A stretch of 60,650 nucleotides of DNA. It comes from a virus. Lineage: Duplodnaviria > Caudoviricetes. The DNA is taken from positions 1 through 60,650 of IMG/VR virus record IMGVR_UViG_3300006924_000018. The stretch is one strand, 5' to 3'. The translations under genes and the position numbers were made by a program. This document shows, piece by piece, positions 1 to 6,953 of the stretch; within the stretch, counting starts at the first letter, position 1, and each line of letters starts with the position of its first letter. Below the pieces are notes generated by a model. The model worked only from the letters and a program-made list of their open reading frames with translations, did not search any database and had not been told where the DNA came from.

Positions 1-104
1 AAAGATCCCGTCATAGTGGGCAATATCGAAAATAAAAAAATAGGCGTCGCGTGAGTCTTGCGAATAATAAACGATTGACTTGCAAGCCCTATTCTCCCCC
101 TAGT

Positions 105-194
105 CCCCTGTCGAGGCTCACACGGTCCTCACAGGGGCTCACATATTTTGGCCTATTTGTACCCCTCCTGCCTTGCGTGAGAACGTCTGGCAGG
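105..194. repeat. Two GC-rich hairpins in the upstream non-coding region
   Basis: CCCCTGT(C)GAGG 105-116 pairs with CCTCACAGGGG 127-137; CCTGCC 167-172 pairs with GGCAGG 189-194. Confidence 0.45.
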
Positions 195-209
195 TTATGT
201 ATATAGCAT

Positions 210-218
210 ACTATTTAT
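210..218 (+). promoter_or_regulatory. Putative phage late promoter (ACTAnTTA motif)
   Basis: ACTATTTAT about 30 nt upstream of ATG 242; the same motif recurs before many virion genes. Confidence 0.55.
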
Positions 219-241
219 TGTATTGAACTATTGGATGCACA

Positions 242-607
242 ATGAGACTCCTGCTTGAGAACTGGAAGAAGTATCTGGATGAGAACATCTTCTATGTTAG
301 CATCGAAAAGCTTTTGCCCACTGAAGAGCTGGGTCACGGAAAAGATCACGATTGCCCAAGCAAGACCTGTGACGATATTATCCAACAAAAGATGGATTCT
401 ATGAAAGCTGGTGATATTAAGCCTATTGAAGTGTGCAACCAGAAGCCTGTTAACCCTTATAGGCTTCAGGGGCAGCCTTCAGCGCCCAAGACAGGTATGT
501 CAGAGCCATTTTACTACGTCTTGGACGGCCACCACAGACTAGAAGCCGCAAAGAGGCTTGGATTGGCCAAGATGCCTGTTTATTTGACACCAAAGGAAAC
601 AAAATGA
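242..607 (+). CDS. ParB/Srx-like domain protein with N-terminal LLLENW leader (putative internal head protein)
   Basis: YVLDGHHRLEAAKRLG is the ParB/sulfiredoxin-like signature; starts MRLLLENWKKYLDE. Confidence 0.75.
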   Translation: MRLLLENWKKYLDENIFYVSIEKLLPTEELGHGKDHDCPSKTCDDIIQQKMDSMKAGDIKPIEVCNQKPVNPYRLQGQPSAPKTGMSEPFYYVLDGHHRLEAAKRLGLAKMPVYLTPKETK

Positions 608-623
608 AACTCCTACTTGAAAA
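596..623 (+). repeat. 28-bp direct repeat, copy 1 (gene junction)
   Basis: GAAACAAAATGAAACTCCTACTTGAAAA, identical to 1096-1123. Confidence 0.9.
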
Positions 624-1107
624 CTGGAAGAAGTTTTTGAATGAAGAAAAAGAGTTCAAACAAGTTGATGACTATTACGAAATAGGAGTCTCCAAGTCTG
701 AATACCATCCAGCGTGGGATTATGAACCTAATGAGAGCCCTAGTCTTCTATCACAGGAGGCTTACGAAATGGCTTTTGATGCTGCTCAAGAACTTTCAAA
801 TAAACTTGGTTTAGGTCAAATAGCCTTATACTATGTTCAGGGAGAAAGTTTTGATAATCATCTTGCTCGTTACATCAATGGAACTTATAAGTCACCGGTA
901 ATAGTTTTGTCTGATAAGGTGGAGCAACAAGAAGAAGCCAAAATAACCCTGTTTCACGAACTGGGACACGCTTATGTAGAATCTATTGGTTTGGAGATTG
1001 ATGAAGAAGCAGAGGAGGATTTGGTGGAAGAGTTCGCACGACGCTACATACAAGATCCAGAATCAGGCTTGAACTACTTGAAGAACTTTGAAGGAGAAAC
1101 AAAATGA
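604..1107 (+). CDS. Zincin-like metallopeptidase (ImmA/IrrE-like HExxH) with LLLENW leader
   Basis: TLFHELGHAY plus downstream EEDLVEEFA; starts MKLLLENWKKFLNEE; ATGA overlaps on both sides. Confidence 0.7.
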   Translation: MKLLLENWKKFLNEEKEFKQVDDYYEIGVSKSEYHPAWDYEPNESPSLLSQEAYEMAFDAAQELSNKLGLGQIALYYVQGESFDNHLARYINGTYKSPVIVLSDKVEQQEEAKITLFHELGHAYVESIGLEIDEEAEEDLVEEFARRYIQDPESGLNYLKNFEGETK

Positions 1108-1123
1108 AACTCCTACTTGAAAA
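1096..1123 (+). repeat. 28-bp direct repeat, copy 2 (gene junction)
   Basis: Identical to 596-623, 500 bp downstream. Confidence 0.9.
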
Positions 1124-1805
1124 TTGGTTGAACTACCTAAACGAAGATGCAGGTGCTTCTATCCCTTGGCTTAAAGATCTAGAGGCCCTAGACGACCCGG
1201 CACTCACAGATGTAAGAAAAGCCTTCCCAGAGTGGGAGGTCTTGGGAGCCGGCTCTTATCGTGGCGTTATGGCCCCCAAGGGCGAGACTGATTATATTAT
1301 CAAGATTGTCCACGACAAGAGGGATGTTGAGCAAAACAAGGGCGAATATGAAGTTTCAAGAGACTTTCCTTCCCTATTCCCCAGAGTATATGCACATCAC
1401 CCTAACTTCAACTGGATTATTGCTGATCAGGTTGATGTAATTGACAGATTGAACACTAAATTCTTCCAAGCTTTCAAGGCTGCCTTCCCAAAGGTCACTG
1501 ATTATGCTATGGAAGTTGGTGTAGAAAACCCTATGTTTGTTTATTACGCTCTTCTCAGCGCTGCTGCTATCGGTTCAGATCCAGATTTGATCGCTGGTCT
1601 TGACACAATGCAGCAGATGATCGTTAAAAAGATTGGAATGGATAAGATCAGTAAGATTAGAGAGTTTGGCCTTAAGAATTCCGAGCCTTTCCAGAACTTT
1701 GCTAGTGCAATTGCAAAGTACGATATGAACATTTCGGATCTTACAGTAGGAAATATCGGAATTAATAGCGATGGTAAGTGGATTATCATCGACGCAGCCA
1801 TCTAG
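1104..1805 (+). CDS. Protein-kinase-like fold protein with LLLENW leader
   Basis: Gly-rich loop LGAGSYRGV, IIKI lysine, helix-C E (QNKGEYE), catalytic-loop-like DLTVGNIG, and IIID. Confidence 0.65.
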   Translation: MKLLLENWLNYLNEDAGASIPWLKDLEALDDPALTDVRKAFPEWEVLGAGSYRGVMAPKGETDYIIKIVHDKRDVEQNKGEYEVSRDFPSLFPRVYAHHPNFNWIIADQVDVIDRLNTKFFQAFKAAFPKVTDYAMEVGVENPMFVYYALLSAAAIGSDPDLIAGLDTMQQMIVKKIGMDKISKIREFGLKNSEPFQNFASAIAKYDMNISDLTVGNIGINSDGKWIIIDAAI

Positions 1806-1816
1806 GGAGCATCAAA

Positions 1817-3106
1817 ATGCCATTTCATAATGAATTCAGAGAGTGGGCTTCGCTGCAGGAGGCCCTTGAATTGCTCGAAGAGGGCGTCGAGAACCTTGGA
1901 ATCCCCGAAGAGTCTCTTAAATATGTCGAGGGCCTAGGCGCTTTGGACGACCTGCCGAAGAAAGAGAAGGCTTGGCTGCTCAGTTTGGCCACTAAACTGG
2001 CATTTATTTCCACTCCAGTGCTAAATGGCGAAGTAAAAATCCCTTTTTTCCTTGGCGTCGACGGTATGTTGAAGACGCTTGTTCGAGGGGACATCATTGA
2101 CGCCTCACAATCATACAATATTCGTAGTATGGTCGCCGACCAAATCCTAGAGCTTACATCTGGCTCTGGCGCAACAGCAGGAATTGTTGGCCTTAAGGCT
2201 ATCAAGCGGCTCGCAAAGTCCATCAAAGGAATTATGGGCAAGGTTGTGCCCCGCGAGGTGGGATTTGATGTGAAATCAGTGCCTTTTTATGGCCAAGCCC
2301 TCGAAAGATGGGATCAAAAAATTGAACAAATGATTGGAATGAACTTGCTAGCTGCTCTTTCTAGGCTAACTCTTACCAATCAGGTGCTCCAATCCGACCA
2401 CCGTGTTCTACCTATGCTAGCAAAAGCGTTGGCAGAGCCTATTTCGAGCGTAAAAACAACTGAAGATGTCGAAAAATTCGAAGAAATTGCAGCAGAAGCC
2501 TCTACAAAGGCGCTGAACCAGATCAAAAAGAAAGAAAGAGGCGAAACTGTCATTAAAAACCCTGATGGTTCATACTGGCAGGACCTCAAAACCACTTCTT
2601 GCCCTATTGAAGCTGCTCGTATGTCGCATTGCGGAAAAGAAGACGACCCAGAAGACGGAGTTTCACTTTATTCTCTCCGTATTAAGGGCGAAGATGACGA
2701 AAATTCAAAGTCTTTGGTCACGATTTCATTCAATAAGGGAACGAAGACGGTTTACCAAATCAAAGGATACAGAATTATTGACGGTGCGAAGATGGGTAAC
2801 CACGCTCCACCGGAAACTTTTGAATTTCAAGGCAAGGAATACAACCTTTGGGACAATATTGTTAACTTTTTTAAGAAAATGGGTGTCGAATACAACCTTG
2901 AAGCTGGTGCCTACTCACAGTATGGCAGCGCTTTTGAAGAGATGACCAATTACATCGATAGCTTGACCGGCGTCGTAACTGGTAAGAGACCAGAAACTGA
3001 CCTACAGTCTATGTTTGCTAACGACGAAGAGCGCTTTGGACCCGGAAACATCAATGAATCAACACAAGACTTGCTTCGATTGGCCGGGATAACAAGAAAA
3101 CATTAA
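1817..3106 (+). CDS. PcfJ-like domain protein (putative internal head protein)
   Basis: ATG 1817 with GGAG RBS at 1806; E.ARMSHCG...LYSLR...LVTI...VYQIKG..N resembles PcfJ; ends INESTQDLLRLAGI. Confidence 0.55.
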   Translation: MPFHNEFREWASLQEALELLEEGVENLGIPEESLKYVEGLGALDDLPKKEKAWLLSLATKLAFISTPVLNGEVKIPFFLGVDGMLKTLVRGDIIDASQSYNIRSMVADQILELTSGSGATAGIVGLKAIKRLAKSIKGIMGKVVPREVGFDVKSVPFYGQALERWDQKIEQMIGMNLLAALSRLTLTNQVLQSDHRVLPMLAKALAEPISSVKTTEDVEKFEEIAAEASTKALNQIKKKERGETVIKNPDGSYWQDLKTTSCPIEAARMSHCGKEDDPEDGVSLYSLRIKGEDDENSKSLVTISFNKGTKTVYQIKGYRIIDGAKMGNHAPPETFEFQGKEYNLWDNIVNFFKKMGVEYNLEAGAYSQYGSAFEEMTNYIDSLTGVVTGKRPETDLQSMFANDEERFGPGNINESTQDLLRLAGITRKH

Positions 3107-3130
3107 AAACTTCTTGTAAAGTTTCGTAAA

Positions 3131-3140
3131 ACTAGTTATA
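3131..3140 (+). promoter_or_regulatory. Putative late promoter motif
   Basis: ACTAGTTATA in the intergenic gap before 3165. Confidence 0.5.
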
Positions 3141-3164
3141 TTTGTATGAAATGGAGCTAATGTT

Positions 3165-3728
3165 ATGCGTAGACTTATGGAAAGCTGGGGTCGCTTCGTA
3201 AATGAAGCCGCAGACAGCGGTTTGACTTCTGTAGAGATCACAGAAATGGTAAAAAGTGGTATTCTTGAGCTCGTCAGCGGCCAACTTGACGGCCCTGCAC
3301 TCGAAGATGCCTTTCTTAAGTTCCGTGCGAACCTAATTGGTGAGCGAATCACTGCTGAAGAGTTCTCTGCGGCTTGCGACGACGCTATGAAGATGATTTC
3401 TATCTCAGCCGTCCCTAATAACCTTGACGGAAAGCTTGAGCGTATCGCAGATGTATGCCAACAGTTCTCTGAAGAGGGTCCAGTTGAAGAGATGAACTAC
3501 CGCCAAGAGCCTGAATTGCCTAATGTTGGCAATGATATGAATAAATTGTATTCTTTGGCCGCTGAACTGGCTGAAGTTGACCTCGCAACAGTTATGAAGG
3601 TCGACAATTCTATCCAAGAAGCCTTTGCAGAGCTTCAGGAGGCCGGTGAGCTTATGGATTACACCAGTCCCGAGGCACTTATGCACGCTGCGTCTATGAT
3701 GGGCGAGATTCAGGAAGAAGAGAAGTGA
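3165..3728 (+). CDS. Acidic hypothetical protein with leader variant MRRLMESWGRFVNEA
   Basis: ORF with GGAG RBS; leader similar to 242/604/1104. Confidence 0.7.
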   Translation: MRRLMESWGRFVNEAADSGLTSVEITEMVKSGILELVSGQLDGPALEDAFLKFRANLIGERITAEEFSAACDDAMKMISISAVPNNLDGKLERIADVCQQFSEEGPVEEMNYRQEPELPNVGNDMNKLYSLAAELAEVDLATVMKVDNSIQEAFAELQEAGELMDYTSPEALMHAASMMGEIQEEEK

Positions 3729-4021
3729 AAAAGCTTCTTGAAAACTGGAACAGTTTTGTATCAGAAGCAAATGAGCAGGAAGAACTTGTAGAATACGTTG
3801 TTCCTGTTGGCTATTCGCTCGAAAGATGGCAAGCAAAGCGCAAGGAAGACAAGATTACCAACGCTGATTGGCATAAAGATCACCCTGAAGCCCGTTGGAA
3901 AGTCGTACACGGCCACAAGAAGGGCGAGATCGGCGATCCTGTCAACGATAAGGCAAAGAATATGTCTTACGAAGATGCAAACAAAATGCACTCTGCTATT
4001 GCAATTAGTCAGGGCGCATAA
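3725..4021 (+). CDS. Hypothetical protein with leader MKKLLENWNSFVSEA
   Basis: GTGA overlap with the upstream gene; leader motif. Confidence 0.75.
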   Translation: MKKLLENWNSFVSEANEQEELVEYVVPVGYSLERWQAKRKEDKITNADWHKDHPEARWKVVHGHKKGEIGDPVNDKAKNMSYEDANKMHSAIAISQGA

Positions 4022-4029
4022 CTATTTAT
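4021..4029 (+). promoter_or_regulatory. Putative late promoter motif
   Basis: ACTATTTAT directly at the upstream stop codon. Confidence 0.55.
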
Positions 4030-4054
4030 TTTGTAGCAAATTAGGGGTCCTCTT

Positions 4055-4888
4055 ATGAATGTCCGAAGCCTAGGCGACAAACTAGCGCGTGCTGTTGTGG
4101 CGGAACTATCCAAATCACGCCCTCTCAGCGGAGAAAAGACGCAGAAACTAAAGAAGTTTGTTCAAGAAGAGATGGTTCAGGCCATCCTCGGAAAGATTGA
4201 GAGCCTTCGAAGCCTAAAGGAAAATAAAATGAAGATCACAAAGACACAACTTAAGAATATTATTGCCGAAGAGATCAATCGTGCCCTCAATGAAGGCCGT
4301 GGCTTCGAGGAGCGCCGTGACAACGCTCTCTACTATGCTTATGCGTCTACACAAAGGGGCGTGTACCCAGAGAAGGTAGCTGACTTGTTCGATATGGCTC
4401 TCGACAAGGCCATCGAAGCCGGTGGTGTCTCTAGCGAGACCGAGGAGAGTCGTGATGTCTTTATTGACATTGAAGATGAGATTAAGAAGGCCGAGGGCGT
4501 TGGTAGAGAAAATATTGCAAAAGTTCTTATGGCCCTTAATACTCTTGACGGTATGTCTGTCGATCAGCTAAAAGCAATTCCTCGTAGTGACGAGGCTGCA
4601 AAGGCTGCCGAGAAGAGGGCACAGCCTGAAATCAAGCGCAAGCGCGCAGTACAGGCCAAGAGATCAATTAGGGACATTATGGGTAAGCTTGATGAAGGTA
4701 TGGATATTATGTCAATGATGTCGATGCCACTAGATCAAGTCGCTGGTATGCTAGATGTAGCCCCAGCTGTACTCGCAGGCGTTCTCGCTACTCTCGCAGG
4801 TAAGAGCGGTGGCCTTCCAAATATGGAAAACGCTGAAGAGAAAGAAACTGAAGACGTAATGGAGATCCCCCGCATCAAGCGAGGCTGA
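4055..4888 (+). CDS. Helical hypothetical (putative head core/internal) protein; possible second start at 4229
   Basis: 277-aa ORF; internal MKITKTQLKNIIAEE preceded by AAGGA. Confidence 0.7.
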   Translation: MNVRSLGDKLARAVVAELSKSRPLSGEKTQKLKKFVQEEMVQAILGKIESLRSLKENKMKITKTQLKNIIAEEINRALNEGRGFEERRDNALYYAYASTQRGVYPEKVADLFDMALDKAIEAGGVSSETEESRDVFIDIEDEIKKAEGVGRENIAKVLMALNTLDGMSVDQLKAIPRSDEAAKAAEKRAQPEIKRKRAVQAKRSIRDIMGKLDEGMDIMSMMSMPLDQVAGMLDVAPAVLAGVLATLAGKSGGLPNMENAEEKETEDVMEIPRIKRG

Positions 4889-4902
4889 TCGAGAAGGTTA
4901 AA

Positions 4903-5097
4903 ATGTCTAATTTGCTTATGAAAGTAATCGCTTGGCGATTGCTTTCTTTTTTGGTATCTATGATTATCAACTGTATTCTATTTGGCGACGTGGCTAGATC
5001 TCTCTGGATCACAGCTATCGTTATGGGTATCTTTACAGTTTTGCATTATATTTTTGAAGTAACTTGGAGTAAGTTCTTCTCAAATGTTGGGGATTAA
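4903..5097 (+). CDS. Small two-helix membrane protein (DUF2061-like)
   Basis: K.IAWRLLS...two hydrophobic stretches...LHYIFEVTW. Confidence 0.6.
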   Translation: MSNLLMKVIAWRLLSFLVSMIINCILFGDVARSLWITAIVMGIFTVLHYIFEVTWSKFFSNVGD

Positions 5098-5098
5098 A

Positions 5099-5290
5099 AT
5101 GAACTACTTTCGTCATCTTGAAGATGTAAATGAATCATACGTAGAGCACTTCTATCACGCTATGTGCATCTCTTTGTTTCTGCTTAAGTTATCCTTTATT
5201 TGTGCGCTGCACGCACTTCATCCAGACGTGTTTGAGAAAGGAGTATCCAACAGGTTGGGGCAACTCGATAAGCTAATCTATCGAAAGTAG
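5099..5290 (+). CDS. Small protein (DUF6356-like)
   Basis: HLEDVNESYVEHF...HALHP.VF pattern; ATG 5099 with GGGGA RBS. Confidence 0.55.
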   Translation: MNYFRHLEDVNESYVEHFYHAMCISLFLLKLSFICALHALHPDVFEKGVSNRLGQLDKLIYRK

Positions 5291-5299
5291 ACTATTTAT
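5291..5299 (+). promoter_or_regulatory. Putative late promoter motif
   Basis: ACTATTTAT upstream of 5316. Confidence 0.55.
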
Positions 5300-5315
5300 T
5301 ACGAGGTAAATAATT

Positions 5316-5744
5316 ATGTCTTCTGATTTCAAATATTCTATGGGCTTGAATCACGCTGGTGCTTATCAGGTTAGTGGTGTGCCTTTTGTTACCGGCAATC
5401 TAACAGCGCCGGCATCAGGTTCCGAGCCGTTTAAGATTGAATTCCCTTCTGTAACTCGCTGGTTTACAATTACTTCCGAAGCTAATCAACACATCCGATT
5501 TGGTTTTTCTGCTAATGGCGTCAAGAACGGCAGCCACAATTACTTCATTACACACGAAGATAATCACCCTATGCAGAACGGCCCTTACGAAATGAAGATC
5601 ACAGAGCTGTATATCTTGAGCGATAACGGCAACGCCCATACAGGCGTATATGTGATGGCAGGCTTGACAGGTCTTCCGGTAAGTCGTGTTAATAACATTT
5701 CGCCTTCTGGTTCAAACTGGTCCGGCTCACTCGGCGTTGGCTAA
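5316..5744 (+). CDS. Putative virion structural (beta-rich) protein
   Basis: GAGG RBS; YQVSGVPFVTG; three SGS motifs; follows a late motif. Confidence 0.55.
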   Translation: MSSDFKYSMGLNHAGAYQVSGVPFVTGNLTAPASGSEPFKIEFPSVTRWFTITSEANQHIRFGFSANGVKNGSHNYFITHEDNHPMQNGPYEMKITELYILSDNGNAHTGVYVMAGLTGLPVSRVNNISPSGSNWSGSLGVG

Positions 5745-5757
5745 AGCATAAATTCAG

Positions 5758-5785
5758 TTGACAGTTGTTTAAAATATGTTATATT
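5758..5785 (+). promoter_or_regulatory. Sigma70-type (early) promoter
   Basis: TTGACA-16 nt-TATATT with an extended -10 TG. Confidence 0.75.
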
Positions 5786-5805
5786 GTCTCTATTGAGAGG
5801 CAACT

Positions 5806-6510
5806 ATGGCAGTTTTTCTATTCGACATCGACAATACAATTACTCCTCCTCGGCAACGTATGACCGAGGAGTTTCTTGAGTTTTTCTTGCCGTTCTGTAT
5901 TGAAAACAAAGTTTATCTTTGCACCGGCTCTGACTGGCCAAAGGTCACCGAGCAGGTGCCAACAGAGATTCTAGAAATCGTCGAAGGCGTATTTACCTGT
6001 TCTGGTAATGCCCTTTGGCGCGATATGCACGAGCAAGAGAGCTGGAGGAATGACTGGCAGGTGCCGGCAGAAGTTCTTACAGAGCTTATCAAGTTCTCTA
6101 GCAGTACAAAGTCTCCTCACGTTACGGGACGTCACCTTGAAACTCGTGTTGGGATGGTGAACTTCAGCACTATCGGAAGAAACTGTACTCAAGAGCAGCG
6201 TGAAGAGTATGAAGAGTGGGATAATGAGGTTGGTGAGCGTCGACATATTGTCGATGTATTGTCAGTGAAGTTCCCAGATCTCGATTTTAATATTGGCGGA
6301 CAGATTAGCATCGACATCCACCCAAAGGGCAACGACAAATCCAGAGCAGTTCTTCTAGCAACTGCTTGGGAGCAAGACGAGATTCTTTTCTTTGGTGACA
6401 GATTGATGCCCGGTGGCAATGATTGGGCTGTCACAAAGGTCCTAAAGGAACAAAATTGTGTAAAGGTCGATAGTTGGCAAGATACTTTGAGTTTTTTGTC
6501 TAGAATTTAA
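5806..6510 (+). CDS. HAD-IIB phosphomannomutase (eukaryote PMM-type)
   Basis: FDIDNTITPPRQ motif I, TGSD, E.R.GMVNFS.IGR, GGQISIDIHP.G.DK, FFGDRLMPGGND. Confidence 0.85.
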   Translation: MAVFLFDIDNTITPPRQRMTEEFLEFFLPFCIENKVYLCTGSDWPKVTEQVPTEILEIVEGVFTCSGNALWRDMHEQESWRNDWQVPAEVLTELIKFSSSTKSPHVTGRHLETRVGMVNFSTIGRNCTQEQREEYEEWDNEVGERRHIVDVLSVKFPDLDFNIGGQISIDIHPKGNDKSRAVLLATAWEQDEILFFGDRLMPGGNDWAVTKVLKEQNCVKVDSWQDTLSFLSRI

Positions 6511-6519
6511 CTATTTATA
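6510..6519 (+). promoter_or_regulatory. Putative late promoter motif
   Basis: ACTATTTATA upstream of 6544. Confidence 0.55.
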
Positions 6520-6543
6520 ACGTAACCAAAAGTGAGGATGATT

Positions 6544-6945
6544 ATGCAGATCACAGAAAGCAAGCTACGCTCTATTATTATGGAAGAGTATGGCAGAGCA
6601 TCACGCGACCTTAAGATGGAAGCTGAAAAGGCTCGTATGAAAGATTCTGGTAAGGAAGTACACGTAGTTGCTGCAGATGGTCCCGGCGATCAAGCGGTTA
6701 TCGACAGAGACGGTGATGGCCCAGCCAAGCCAGAGATGGTCGATGAGAAGGATGTCGAAATCCTAAAAGAGGATGTAGACGTTCTTGAGGCCGCACACAG
6801 CGCACTTGTTGGCCTAATTAGCAACATCGAGAAGTCAGACTTTACACACAACAGCAACAAGCAAATTGCTCTCAGAGCGCTTGATATTGCTATGCAGACT
6901 CTCGGCACAGATATGCTAGGCGACAAGTTCGAAGACAAGATGTGA
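6544..6945 (+). CDS. Hypothetical protein with MQITESKLRSIIMEE leader
   Basis: ATG 6544 after a GAGGA RBS; leader resembles the internal start at 4229. Confidence 0.7.
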   Translation: MQITESKLRSIIMEEYGRASRDLKMEAEKARMKDSGKEVHVVAADGPGDQAVIDRDGDGPAKPEMVDEKDVEILKEDVDVLEAAHSALVGLISNIEKSDFTHNSNKQIALRALDIAMQTLGTDMLGDKFEDKM

Positions 6946-6953
6946 GGCTGACT

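Noticed and set aside
75-103. TTGACT as a -35 box
   Set aside because: There is no credible -10 hexamer at 16-18 nt spacing.
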